In this document: piece by piece, positions 1 through 11,397 of the stretch
Layout of the letters: each line of letters opens with the position of its first letter
Numbering within the stretch: the first letter of the stretch is position 1
IMG/VR virus record: IMGVR_UViG_2831345111_000004
Strand: one strand, 5' to 3'
DNA: 64,000 nt
Source of the DNA: an uncultured virus (IMG/VR IMGVR_UViG_2831345111_000004)
Lineage: Duplodnaviria > Heunggongvirae > Uroviricota > Caudoviricetes
Notes under the pieces: generated by a model
What the model was told of the DNA's origin: nothing
The model's database searches: none
The model's input: only the letters and a program-made list of their open reading frames with translations
Position numbers and translations under genes: made by a program

Positions 1-132
1 AGCCTGCCGCTGGGCTTGGCCAGCGGCAGGCTTTTCCGCATGTCGCATAATGACGATGGTGGTGTCGGCAGCCACTGAGGACGAAAACAGGGACATCGCC
101 ACAATTAACAGCGATAGCAAGGGCGCAATCAT
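1..132 (-). CDS. Secreted histidine phosphatase-family protein, 5' part (runs off window)
   Basis: Manual translation MIAPLLSLLIVAMSLFSSSVAADTTIVIMRHAEKP: signal peptide plus RH(G/A)EKP motif; preceded by promoter at 159-187. Confidence 0.7.
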   Translation of the reverse strand, partial: MIAPLLSLLIVAMSLFSSSVAADTTIVIMRHAEKPAAGQAQRQA

Positions 133-158
133 ATTTTTACCTTTTTTGAATTAGGCTT

Positions 159-187
159 ATTATATCAAAAAAGATTGAAAAGGTCAA
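159..187 (-). promoter_or_regulatory. sigma70-type promoter
   Basis: TTGACC-17-TATAAT. Confidence 0.75.
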
Positions 188-195
188 GCCCCTTT

Positions 196-414
196 CTAAT
201 CCTCCTTCTCGTCCAATTCTTCCACTTCTTCCTCATCTCCGTATTCGTCGACAACCTCAATATTGAGGTGAGCAGCGAGCGATTTAAGCGCACTCTCCAC
301 CTCCTCCATTCCGTCCCAGCCCACGCTATCGTGGCTGCAACTGGATATCACCTTATCATCGAAGCAAACCTCGAGGACCTCATCATTTTTGCGCCTGAAT
401 ATCAGTTTAGCCAT
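196..414 (-). CDS. Small acidic hypothetical protein
   Basis: 72 aa ORF starting 3 nt after the ligA stop, same strand. Confidence 0.75.
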   Translation of the reverse strand: MAKLIFRRKNDEVLEVCFDDKVISSCSHDSVGWDGMEEVESALKSLAAHLNIEVVDEYGDEEEVEELDEKED

Positions 415-417
415 CGC

Positions 418-2497
<2,080 letters not shown>

Positions 2498-2502
2498 GGA
2501 GT

Positions 2503-2718
2503 TTATGCCCAAACATCGATGGAGGAGCGACCTTCCGCACTCATGTATCCAGCCATTTTAATAGTCTCTACTCGGTCGCTCTGGTGCTTGGCTTCATTCA
2601 ACACAGCCTGCGTTACACGTTCCCGGTCACGTGGGCCGACCTGGCCATAAGCGACATCAAGCATTGCGCGGTTGCGAGTTGGGTCAATCGTAGTCATACA
2701 CTTTTCCGTATCATTCAA
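2503..2718 (-). CDS. Small hypothetical protein downstream of the putative effector
   Basis: ORF 12 nt after the stop of 2731..3855; alternative start ATG 2697. Confidence 0.6.
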   Translation of the reverse strand: MNDTEKCMTTIDPTRNRAMLDVAYGQVGPRDRERVTQAVLNEAKHQSDRVETIKMAGYMSAEGRSSIDVWA

Positions 2719-2730
2719 TATTTTGTAAGG

Positions 2731-3855
2731 TCAACGCTCCATCCCCATGGAGCGACTTGGTTGGGAGGTTGTCTGGGCGTGTTGTTGAGTTGCCTTTACT
2801 GTCTCTCCGCCGCGAGAGGGCGCCGCATGAGGAAGGTCATGCGCAACTTCCCCCGCCTGCCGAGCCTTTACAGTCTTAGCAGTATCGAACATAGCCGAGC
2901 TCACATCCTTTAAGGTCGCCTCCTTGGGCAGACTGGAAATGGCTTTTGCCGTTTCCAGGGCAAGCTCCCGGTCATGGGGCTTGCCGCTCTTCACCATGTC
3001 GGTGATGATGGTCCCAAGGCCTTCAATTTGTTTGTTGTGCTTGCTCACAGGATGCTCAACAACGGCCTTTTTGAGCCCGTCCAGGGAATGATTCCCATAG
3101 GCCGCGCGCAATTCTTTCTGGTACTCATTCTGGCTGATATGCGACAGACGGCTAATAGCAGACTTCATCGTATGGAAGTCTTCAGGTGATTTAAGCGACG
3201 CCCGGGTGGCATCATTTTCCATGATGTTGAGAAACTTCTGCGCAACCGGCCCGCGATAGTTGTTGAAGATTTCTTCTTTGGCTATCCGGGAATTATGCTC
3301 AGTGATGAGTTGCAAGTCCTGTAACGCCTGCTTGTTTGAGAAGGCGTGCTGGGAGCCGGTGTAGTAATACATGTTTTCTGCAGCGCGAGCCTTATCCAGA
3401 GGGAGCGCCGTTTCATGCAGCTCTTTCTTGATGAGGTTGTCGATTTCCATGCGGATATTGTTACGAGCCCGCTCGTCCTGCGTACCAGCTAGCTCTGCGA
3501 CCTTCGGGCGCAACAATGCCTCCGCCTCCTCGATGGAGCGGCCACCGCCATGGCCATTCATTGCCTTTTCCATCCCATAGTCAGGGTAGAATCGCGCGCT
3601 TCGGTCAATTGCATATTCGCCGACATAGCCAACCTTCCCGGCCACACCGTTATGCGTGTACATGGAAGCCACGCGCGGCGTCAGCGCAGCGTGCATCACC
3701 GTATCCGAAATCACGCCACCCTCTTGGATGGGGGTGGAGGTGCCGCGGTAAATCTTTGCGCCCTCGAGCAAAGGCTTCTTCTCGATGAAGTTTCTTTCCA
3801 GCAGCTCAAAAAGGTCTTGAGCGCCGCGCTTTAGTAATGCAGATTGGAGGCTCAT
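2731..3855 (-). CDS. Hypothetical protein; putative ADP-ribosyltransferase-like N-terminal domain and T4SS-substrate-like C-terminal tail
   Basis: 374 aa; KIYRGT...MHAAL.P.VASMY...GEY pattern; low-complexity tail ending SQPSRSMGMER. Confidence 0.5.
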   Translation of the reverse strand: MSLQSALLKRGAQDLFELLERNFIEKKPLLEGAKIYRGTSTPIQEGGVISDTVMHAALTPRVASMYTHNGVAGKVGYVGEYAIDRSARFYPDYGMEKAMNGHGGGRSIEEAEALLRPKVAELAGTQDERARNNIRMEIDNLIKKELHETALPLDKARAAENMYYYTGSQHAFSNKQALQDLQLITEHNSRIAKEEIFNNYRGPVAQKFLNIMENDATRASLKSPEDFHTMKSAISRLSHISQNEYQKELRAAYGNHSLDGLKKAVVEHPVSKHNKQIEGLGTIITDMVKSGKPHDRELALETAKAISSLPKEATLKDVSSAMFDTAKTVKARQAGEVAHDLPHAAPSRGGETVKATQQHAQTTSQPSRSMGMER

Positions 3856-3875
3856 ATTCGTCTCTTGACAATGAA

Positions 3876-3904
3876 TTGCTTTTTTGGGCTAAATAAGGTA
3901 TACT
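3876..3904 (+). promoter_or_regulatory. sigma70-type promoter
   Basis: TTGCTT-17-TATACT upstream of 3962. Confidence 0.65.
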
Positions 3905-3961
3905 TTGTTAACAACGTATAGAGCAATTGCCGCTCCAAAGTTAACAGAAAGTGAACAAACT

Positions 3962-4378
3962 ATGTCTGATACAAAATTGAATTCTGTGCTGGAAGATAAC
4001 GGTTATACAGTTCTCGACGAGAAGTTTGGGGTGTATCGTTTGCAGCAATTTTATGGGCCGAATAAAACTCTCAGTTTTGATGGTGTGGGTGTATTCTGCT
4101 CTCCCGTGCCCATGAGCCAAGCTAAAGAAGTGTACCTGAGCCTGTACGACGCTATTGAATACAGCAATGGTTCTCAGGAAGCCATCGATGCGACCATGGA
4201 ATCATGGGCAGTGCTGAATGCCTGTCGGCTGTCTATGACCGGGATTCCTACTGCAGTCATTAACGACATGTCTCGATTTGGCAAGGTTGTCCAGGATAAC
4301 GTGACGCTTGTGCGCCCGGATGGCCGTATCCGCCACTGCGCCATCATGGAATCGGGTGATGTCATCTGCTATCACTGA
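3962..4378 (+). CDS. Hypothetical protein, overlapping the start of the ARH gene
   Basis: ORF from MSDTKL; overlaps next gene by 20 nt. Confidence 0.75.
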   Translation: MSDTKLNSVLEDNGYTVLDEKFGVYRLQQFYGPNKTLSFDGVGVFCSPVPMSQAKEVYLSLYDAIEYSNGSQEAIDATMESWAVLNACRLSMTGIPTAVINDMSRFGKVVQDNVTLVRPDGRIRHCAIMESGDVICYH

Positions 4379-5387
4379 ACCACTAAGGTTGGCGCTGGGG
4401 TATCACCCCGGTGATAAACCTGTTTCGAAGGGCGCCGTCCTTGCCGGTGTATTCGGCGCCCTGATGGGAGATGCCTTTGGTGTCCCTCATGAATTCAAGC
4501 CTCCCTACATCTTACCCACCGCAGACCACTTGAATCTGGTCATGCCGGCCCATTATCCGAAAACCTATAGCGGCATCCCGTACGGCACCTGGTCGGACGA
4601 TGGCAGCCAGTTATTGTGCCTGCTCGATTCGTTGGAAAGCGAAGGGGGACAGCTTGTTTTGAGTACTTTCGGCGCAAGATTACTAGCCTGGTACGAACGG
4701 TCCCTCCATCAAGCAGGTGGAATCGTATTTGATTGTGGCGGCCAGACTGCCTACGCTTTAGGTCGCCTCAAAGAAGGTGTAACCCCTTGTCGGGCTGCCT
4801 TGAGCCGCTTCACGGCCGAGGCGGAGCGCTCCAGCAACGGGAATGGGGCCCTCATGCGTGCGTTGCCGGCAGCGTTCAGCAGCGTGCTATGGGAGGTATC
4901 CGAGGAAGAGGCAGTTCGTATGGGCGCGCAGCAGTCCAGGATTACGCATGCGCACCCAATTTCAATGATTACTTGTGCCTTGTATACCCAATTGGCCATC
5001 CAGGTCATGCATGGGTCAAGGCTGCCCTCCTGGAAGGACCGTGCAATTTCCGCGGCGCATCAACTTGAATCCGAACTCGAGCTCTCGGATGAGGAACTGA
5101 AGGCTCTGGACGAAATACGTCGCTTTGGCCGTTCAGAGATGCCAACTGGCGGCGGATATGTCGTCAATTCATTCTGGTCGGCTATCTATGCCTTAGACCG
5201 CAGCACTGATTACCTTTCAGCAATCCGAGCGGCCGTGAGCCTGGGAGACGATACCGACACCACCGCCTGCATCGTGGGCGGGCTTGCTGCGTTGGAGCAC
5301 GGGCTCGCCACTGTGCCCACTCAATGGTGGGAAGTGCTTACGCTGCCAGAAGAGTCTGTTGGGCTTCTAACCCGTATTGCTGCCTAA
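4359..5387 (+). CDS. ADP-ribosylglycohydrolase (DraG/Tri1-like)
   Basis: GALMGDAFGVPHEF, GTWSDD, GNGALMR, SRITH, GDDTDTTA motifs. Confidence 0.95.
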   Translation: MSSAITEPLRLALGYHPGDKPVSKGAVLAGVFGALMGDAFGVPHEFKPPYILPTADHLNLVMPAHYPKTYSGIPYGTWSDDGSQLLCLLDSLESEGGQLVLSTFGARLLAWYERSLHQAGGIVFDCGGQTAYALGRLKEGVTPCRAALSRFTAEAERSSNGNGALMRALPAAFSSVLWEVSEEEAVRMGAQQSRITHAHPISMITCALYTQLAIQVMHGSRLPSWKDRAISAAHQLESELELSDEELKALDEIRRFGRSEMPTGGGYVVNSFWSAIYALDRSTDYLSAIRAAVSLGDDTDTTACIVGGLAALEHGLATVPTQWWEVLTLPEESVGLLTRIAA

Positions 5388-5685
5388 GTAGCCAGCTTTC
5401 CACCGCTAGCGTGTAGAAGGCGTTGACCGAGCGGCGATAGCGTACGGCTGCCCGACGCATCTCCATATCAAACTCGGCGGAGAGCACCATAGCTAAGCGG
5501 CGGCGACGAGTCCCCTGGTAACTTTGAGACCATCGGCGGGGATGATGGACCTCGGCACCCTCAGGCTGTCGGGCCAAGTCTGCGACGGCAACACGTACAA
5601 CTTCCGACTTGTAGAGTTCTTGGGTTGAGCAGTGTGTGCAAAGGGCGTTGTAAACACTTTCAGGAAAGGAAATAATTCTGCGCAT
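5338..5685 (-). CDS. Tandem ribbon-helix-helix (CopG-like) protein
   Basis: Two RHH-like units (RRIISFPESVYNAL...KSEVVRVAV; RRLAMVLSAEFD...SVNAFYTLAV); overlaps the ARH 3' end by 50 nt. Confidence 0.55.
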   Translation of the reverse strand: MRRIISFPESVYNALCTHCSTQELYKSEVVRVAVADLARQPEGAEVHHPRRWSQSYQGTRRRRLAMVLSAEFDMEMRRAAVRYRRSVNAFYTLAVESWLLRQQYGLEAQQTLLAA

Positions 5686-5745
5686 GAGACGAGTACGATG
5701 CAATCTGTATCCTGTATAGCTTGCATCGGCCAATCCCGCGGCGCG

Positions 5746-7890
5746 CTAAGTCCCCTCGGCGTCAGGCAACTCCATCTCCAGTGGCCCCAGGGTGAAATAG
5801 AACACAGAGCCGCCAGGCACAATTGTCTCTGCCCACATGCGACCACCATGCCGCTCCACCATTCGTTTCGCCAAGGCCAACCCTATCCCGCGGCCCTGAT
5901 GGGCTGACGCCTGATTGAAATAAGGCCTAAACATGTCGTCATGCATTTCTGTATCAAACCCAGGCCCATTGTCCTTCACGTAGAACACAGTTTCCATCTC
6001 CAATTGCTCCGCACCAATTTCAACAATTGGGTTTTCATTATCGATTGATGCGAAGTGGACCGCATTGTCGAGCAACGCGTTGTAGATGGTCCTTAGAATC
6101 AAGGCCGAGCCAATCATTCGCGGCATCGGCTTGGTCGTGAACGTAACCTTTGGGTAGCGCTGATGCAGTCCCAGCACCACAGGCGCCAGGATATCCGACA
6201 TACTCAAAAACTCGGGTTCGAACGGCATCGAGGTTCCACAGAGATAACTCACCGCACCCTCCAGCAGTCGTTCCATTCTGGAGGCAACGTCCATCATCTC
6301 ACCAACATTCTTGGCAGGTGGCGGCGTATCTTCCTCGCGCATGTTCTGGAGTAACTGGACCAGGGTCTCAAGGGATTCCTGAAGCAGAGTCGAAACCGAA
6401 TAGACAAAAGTTTCCAAATCACCCACCGCGTCCGAGAGACGCTTCTTCTGGGTGGACACGCGTTGATTCAGTTGGTCATTGAGGCGAAGTACTTCCGTTT
6501 CATTACGCTTACGCTCGGTGATATCGTCAAACAGCATGACGAAAAATCCCTTCTCAAGACCGCAAACACTGAATTCCAGCCAACGGCTAAGAGAGGGTAC
6601 CCATGCTTCAAAACGAGAGGAAACTCCAGAGTTGGCGGCGGACGCACAGCGCTCAAACAACTCCTTGTTGGTGCGGTAAAGGTCGGGCATGACATCACGC
6701 AGTTTTTGCGCGGTGATGTACATCGGATTCAACCCAGAGACAGTCTCAAAATGATTGTTGGACTCCAATACGATGAGGTCCGGCGAGCCGTCCTCAAGAG
6801 ATATTGCCTGGCAATAAGCTACGGCGGCCATCATATGCTCAAACAGACTTAGATAGCGCTTCCGGCTCTTGAGCAATTCCTCTTCAAAACGGTTTTGTTC
6901 GCTGATATCGACTATCGACCCCATGAGGTACGATTCTTTATTCACCGGTAACGTGTCGCCGTAGTAAGCAACATGGAACTCAGTTCCGTTCTTCCTTCGA
7001 TGAATAAGCTTTAGTCCTTGTAGGCGGCCATTTAGGGCTAACCCTTCTTGAATGTCGTGGAAGGAAAATCCACCCGCCCACAAATTCAGCTCTTCCGGAG
7101 TTTTACCAAGGATTTCATCTTCGGTATACCCAAAGGCATGGCAGAACGCTTCATTTACGGCGAGATATCGCCCATTATCCCGTTCGCTAATGAACGTGCT
7201 GGTCGGACTGCATTGGAAGAATTGATAGAACTTCCGCTCACTTTCCTTAAGCTTGTCCTCCATCTCCTTTCTGGAGGTGATATCCGTCGCAATGGCGCAA
7301 ACTCCGTAAACAATGCCATCCGAATTTCGCATCGGGGTTTTTGTCGTGAGAAAAGTAAGCGGCGCTCCTTTGGCGTTATGGTGCAGCGACTCCTCGAAAA
7401 TAATGCTCTTCCCTTCTCGCATCACTTCCCGGTCGCTAGCCATAAATTGTTTTGCGAGGTCCTCTGGGAAGACTTCGTCATCAAAGTGACCGATAACATT
7501 GGATGCCTTCAGGCCAAACATATTCTCCGCGGCATGGTTGAATACCAGATACCGACCGGACATGTCTTTGGCAATAATGACATCCGCAGAATTATCCGCC
7601 AGCGCCGAGAGCAGGATGCCCATTTCTGTTGACCGGGCTCTCGCCGAGTCCAACTCCGTACGCCATTTTTTGGTCTTGTAGATGTGATATCCAACGAGAA
7701 GTAGCAGGACAACCAGCGTCGCCACAAAAATGAAATAGAGGAGCGCCTCACTTGTCTTCAGGGCCGGATTACCGTCTTCACGGACATACCCCATCATCAG
7801 CAAAATGCCAAAAATCTGGAGCACAACTACGGAAGTGTGCGCAATGATAGGGAAGTTCGAAGGAGTCCTTCGGTCTCGTCGCGCTTGCAT
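5746..7890 (-). CDS. Membrane PAS-PAS-PAS sensor histidine kinase-like protein with degenerate H-box
   Basis: Two TM helices, three PAS/PAC units, HATPase N/G1/G2 boxes (LLDNA, DNGPG, GIGLA); H-box reads YSVSTLLQES. Confidence 0.9.
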   Translation of the reverse strand: MQARRDRRTPSNFPIIAHTSVVVLQIFGILLMMGYVREDGNPALKTSEALLYFIFVATLVVLLLLVGYHIYKTKKWRTELDSARARSTEMGILLSALADNSADVIIAKDMSGRYLVFNHAAENMFGLKASNVIGHFDDEVFPEDLAKQFMASDREVMREGKSIIFEESLHHNAKGAPLTFLTTKTPMRNSDGIVYGVCAIATDITSRKEMEDKLKESERKFYQFFQCSPTSTFISERDNGRYLAVNEAFCHAFGYTEDEILGKTPEELNLWAGGFSFHDIQEGLALNGRLQGLKLIHRRKNGTEFHVAYYGDTLPVNKESYLMGSIVDISEQNRFEEELLKSRKRYLSLFEHMMAAVAYCQAISLEDGSPDLIVLESNNHFETVSGLNPMYITAQKLRDVMPDLYRTNKELFERCASAANSGVSSRFEAWVPSLSRWLEFSVCGLEKGFFVMLFDDITERKRNETEVLRLNDQLNQRVSTQKKRLSDAVGDLETFVYSVSTLLQESLETLVQLLQNMREEDTPPPAKNVGEMMDVASRMERLLEGAVSYLCGTSMPFEPEFLSMSDILAPVVLGLHQRYPKVTFTTKPMPRMIGSALILRTIYNALLDNAVHFASIDNENPIVEIGAEQLEMETVFYVKDNGPGFDTEMHDDMFRPYFNQASAHQGRGIGLALAKRMVERHGGRMWAETIVPGGSVFYFTLGPLEMELPDAEGT

Positions 7891-8004
7891 ATTCTTTTTA
7901 GTAGCAAAAAAACAATATTCTAATGATTCCTAAGATGCTTTTCCATTACAAATGTAACGTACAAAATTCCTATGCGGACATAGGCTTTAAGTCTTTGTAT
8001 ATAA

Positions 8005-8032
8005 AAATGGGACCCGACAAAGGGTCCCATTT
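8005..8032 (-). terminator. Intrinsic terminator
   Basis: AAATGGGACCC/GGGTCCCATTT stem followed by T-run on the minus strand. Confidence 0.75.
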
Positions 8033-8033
8033 G

Positions 8034-8087
8034 ACGTTACATGTCTGTCAGGCAAACGTTACATGTCTGTCAGGCAAACGTTACATG
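8034..8087. repeat. 22-bp tandem direct repeat (about 2.5 copies)
   Basis: ACGTTACATGTCTGTCAGGCAA x2 plus ACGTTACATG. Confidence 0.95.
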
Positions 8088-8090
8088 CGA

Positions 8091-8498
8091 CTAATGATTT
8101 TCATTAATCACCCACTCCCAGTTGTAGGCTTTTTTGCAGTCTCCATTGATGGCCATCTTGATGATGGCTCCTTTATCGAGAGTCCCACCCAGGAGCGTTC
8201 CATCACCGTCCCACCACCAACCCACGAAAGCTGTTTCGCTGGCATACAGGTGAACACGATTAGTGACTAGCTCACGCCGCAGAGCGGCCTCACCTTCACC
8301 CGTGCTCCACCAGCAATTTTGAAAGAGGAAGGCGAGTAACTTACGACCCAATTCCGAGCTTTTATTAACCGGCGCCATATCGGGGGCAACATCAAAATTT
8401 GAGTAGCATCCGACACCCGGGCCAGGGAAGACCTGGTTGCGCATCAACTCCCCAAAGGTCGTTGCGTCGTCCAGCTCTAGCAGGTTTTCGTGAAGCAT
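8091..8498 (-). CDS. Hypothetical protein
   Basis: 135 aa, AAGGA RBS, in operon with 8506..9336. Confidence 0.8.
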   Translation of the reverse strand: MLHENLLELDDATTFGELMRNQVFPGPGVGCYSNFDVAPDMAPVNKSSELGRKLLAFLFQNCWWSTGEGEAALRRELVTNRVHLYASETAFVGWWWDGDGTLLGGTLDKGAIIKMAINGDCKKAYNWEWVINENH

Positions 8499-8505
8499 AA
8501 CATCC

Positions 8506-9336
8506 TTAACAAATAATTTTTTGCAGGGTGGAGGGTGGAAACAGCAAGTCGCCAGGGCCAGGTGCGGTCACCTTGTTGAATACCAAATTGAGATGCTCCT
8601 TAATGGATGCCCACTCCTCCGCCGTCGGCGCCGCTGCCACCAACTCCGCACGGCCCTGAAGCCAATAACAGAATTGTTCCGGAGTCATCGAAGGGCCAAG
8701 GTGTTTGGGCGCAGGGAGGCCTAATGTTGATGGTATTTTGACAACTGAAGGGGCTTTATTGAATACCAACTCATCGAGCGGTGAGCCCCGGAATGTTCCT
8801 CGCCATCTAAGTGCAGAGAGGTCACCCGCTTCATCATGGGTAATCTCTAATTTTCCATTTTTGCGGGCTTTCCGCCAGCATCCATTTTTACGCCACGCCG
8901 TATAGCCCTGCCGAATAGCCATCTCGTTGGTATAGACCACACAGTGAAGGCCGGACGCCTTATCTAAAATAACGTCCCCAACAAATAGCGGCTTACCGTT
9001 AAGGTCGTCCACACGTTTAGCCTCGAAAGGGATGCCCGTCAAAACCCGTAGGTCATTTATCCATTGAGAAGTTGGGCCGGTTGGCTCTGATGCGATGGCG
9101 GATTCCATTTGCGCAATCGACTGCAGGTAGTGGGATAACGGGTGCGTAGGGTTCTTCACCCGCGCGTACACTTTTGAAAAAGGCTCCCCCGCCCCGCAAT
9201 CACACAACGTTGCATAATCATCAGTGTGGTCATGCCCCGTGACGATATTCATCTTTATCGGCAACTTGCCACAATGAGCGCACACGTTAGCAGAACCGTT
9301 CCAACGGAAATTAACCGCCAATAATTTTTTCGACAT
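8506..9336 (-). CDS. Hypothetical protein, N-terminal Zn-finger-like region and phage-like C-terminal module
   Basis: CAHC...CDC; C-terminal MTPEQFCYWLQG..EL motif; AGGAG RBS. Confidence 0.8.
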   Translation of the reverse strand: MSKKLLAVNFRWNGSANVCAHCGKLPIKMNIVTGHDHTDDYATLCDCGAGEPFSKVYARVKNPTHPLSHYLQSIAQMESAIASEPTGPTSQWINDLRVLTGIPFEAKRVDDLNGKPLFVGDVILDKASGLHCVVYTNEMAIRQGYTAWRKNGCWRKARKNGKLEITHDEAGDLSALRWRGTFRGSPLDELVFNKAPSVVKIPSTLGLPAPKHLGPSMTPEQFCYWLQGRAELVAAAPTAEEWASIKEHLNLVFNKVTAPGPGDLLFPPSTLQKIIC

Positions 9337-9359
9337 CCGAGTCTCCTTGTTACTTTAAT

Positions 9360-9388
9360 ACTATACCATTATATGCTATATAAAGCAA
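9360..9388 (-). promoter_or_regulatory. sigma70-type promoter
   Basis: TTGCTT-17-TATAGT with extended TG. Confidence 0.65.
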
Positions 9389-9460
9389 TAATTGCTTGAG
9401 AAATATAGCAATTTATGTTAGTATAGTTAAACACTACCAATAACAGTTACTCCATCAAAA

Positions 9461-11377
9461 ATGTACGATTCTGACCAGTTAGTTGTTGTAAACCATGGCG
9501 AGGGACCGATGCTGGTTGTTGCAGGCGCAGGCTCGGGAAAGACCACTGCCGTCGTTGGGCGTGCTGCCCGCCTCATTCTGGAAGGTCTCGACCCGACCAA
9601 GCATTTAATGCTTACCTTCACTCGCAAGGCAGCTGAGGAAATGCGGGAGCGAATTGCAAAGCAACTACCGGGGATTGACCCAATGTTGCTGCAGATTTAT
9701 ACGTTCCATTCCTTCTGTTGGAAAACCATCCGCAAAAGCCCGGGGCTCTTTGGCTGCCTACCAGGATTGACACTGCTTCTCGATGACGACATCGACAAAC
9801 TCTTCAACAAGTTCGCCAAGTCTCGCGGTTTATTGTCGGCGACAGACCCTGCAGCTAAGCGCAAGCAGCAGAGATTCGTTAATGACCTCCGGACCTGTTA
9901 TGGGGTATTGAGGAATGAGGGCGGAACCCTCGATGACGCAGACATGATTGCAGACATCCTGGGCCGGTTCATCGATGATAGCGCTGACACGCTCACGGCA
10001 TTCAATGGGTTGGTGACCGCCTATGAGGAGTACAAGGCCTCGACCAATACGGTGGATTTTGACGATTTGATTGGCATCATGGTGCATGGCTTGCGCAAGG
10101 AACCCATGCTCCGCGATAGGATGCGGGCACAATTCCCCTACCTCACAGTTGATGAATCGCAGGACACCAACCTGCCGCAATTCCAACTCGTGGAATTATT
10201 GGCCGGCGACTCACGGAATGTCGTCATGGTGGGTGACGACGACCAGGCCATTTACGCTTGGCGTGGTGCGCGTCCTGAGAATCTTCAGGACTTCAAGAGC
10301 ACGTTTGGCGCCAAGGTGGCGTACCTCATGAATAACTATCGTTCCCAGAGCCGGATTGTCGAATCAGCCGGGGAGCATATCAGCTACAACATTGCCCGAT
10401 TTGAGAAGACTCCCGTGCCTATCCGTGCTGGGGCCGAGAAGCTTAAGGTCTGGTATCTGGAGGCGGGCGCCGAAGCTGCCAAGCTGTTGGCCAAGTCCAT
10501 TCAATCCGCCATTCGGAACGGCGTAGCGCCTGGTGAAATCGCCGTGTTGTACCGGACCAACCGGGCCGTGCACCTCCTAAAGCGTGCATTGATTGCGTTG
10601 CGTATTCCGCACCATATCGTGAACGGCATGGATTTCATCGAGCAAGCAGAAATCCAGCTGGCTATTGCCGCCGGTCGACTCGCGCTCAACCCACGGGACG
10701 CGGCCGCGCTCACCCGCCTATCCGAACTGGCAGATGGCGTTGGCGAGAAGGCGCTTGAATCGCTGTTTATGCATGCAACAGATGCCGGGTTATCCATCCT
10801 GGAGGCTATCCCGACCGCAAAGCTTTCTGCAAAGGCGCTAGGTAGTCTGGAATCCATCAGAAAAGGCATTGCCCGGCTCACAGAAGATGGCCCGCTGGAA
10901 TTGTTTTCAGTGCTGGAGGATTTGGGAATCCGCGCATACTTTACAGCCAAAGATAAGGACAAGGAACTCACGGCACGTCGGTTGGCGGCGCTCCACGAGC
11001 TGCAGAACATGATTAACGACTGGCTGGCCGGGAGCCTCATGGATGCCGAGTCCCAATGGGATGAAGTATTTGATTCCCTGTTGCTCGACACTAAGCACAA
11101 TGACACCCCTGACGGCCAGGTTTGGCTGTCCACTGTGCATCAGGCAAAAGGTCTGGAATGGGGACATGTCCATGTTTGGGGTTTATCCGACGGCATCTTC
11201 CCGTTGTCCCACGGGGATGAGGAGGAAGAGCGACGGCTATCGTACGTGGCAATTACCCGCGCTAAGGATGTGTGCGAGCTGTGGCACGCAAAAGAGTATC
11301 CTGACCGTCAGGGGCAAGCCTTTTCACGCTCACGCTTTATCGGCGAATTGCCAAAGCATCATGTCGAATTCAATTAG
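9461..11377 (+). CDS. UvrD/Rep/PcrA SF1A helicase
   Basis: AGAGSGKT, TFTRKAA, VDESQD, VGDDDQAIY, NYRS, TVHQAKGLEW, EERRLSYVAITRA. Confidence 0.97.
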   Translation: MYDSDQLVVVNHGEGPMLVVAGAGSGKTTAVVGRAARLILEGLDPTKHLMLTFTRKAAEEMRERIAKQLPGIDPMLLQIYTFHSFCWKTIRKSPGLFGCLPGLTLLLDDDIDKLFNKFAKSRGLLSATDPAAKRKQQRFVNDLRTCYGVLRNEGGTLDDADMIADILGRFIDDSADTLTAFNGLVTAYEEYKASTNTVDFDDLIGIMVHGLRKEPMLRDRMRAQFPYLTVDESQDTNLPQFQLVELLAGDSRNVVMVGDDDQAIYAWRGARPENLQDFKSTFGAKVAYLMNNYRSQSRIVESAGEHISYNIARFEKTPVPIRAGAEKLKVWYLEAGAEAAKLLAKSIQSAIRNGVAPGEIAVLYRTNRAVHLLKRALIALRIPHHIVNGMDFIEQAEIQLAIAAGRLALNPRDAAALTRLSELADGVGEKALESLFMHATDAGLSILEAIPTAKLSAKALGSLESIRKGIARLTEDGPLELFSVLEDLGIRAYFTAKDKDKELTARRLAALHELQNMINDWLAGSLMDAESQWDEVFDSLLLDTKHNDTPDGQVWLSTVHQAKGLEWGHVHVWGLSDGIFPLSHGDEEEERRLSYVAITRAKDVCELWHAKEYPDRQGQAFSRSRFIGELPKHHVEFN

Positions 11378-11397
11378 ATAGTGAAGGTAGCCACAAC

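Noticed and set aside
8034..8087. Possible CRISPR array
   Set aside because: The repeats are directly adjacent with no spacers, and there are no cas genes
7923..8270. 115-aa plus-strand ORF over the repeat and terminator region
   Set aside because: It spans regulatory repeats and is antisense to 8091..8498; no RBS or motifs
9361..9366. CTATAC on the plus strand upstream of uvrD
   Set aside because: It is the complement of the -10 of the minus-strand promoter and lies about 95 nt from the start; not counted in the motif set
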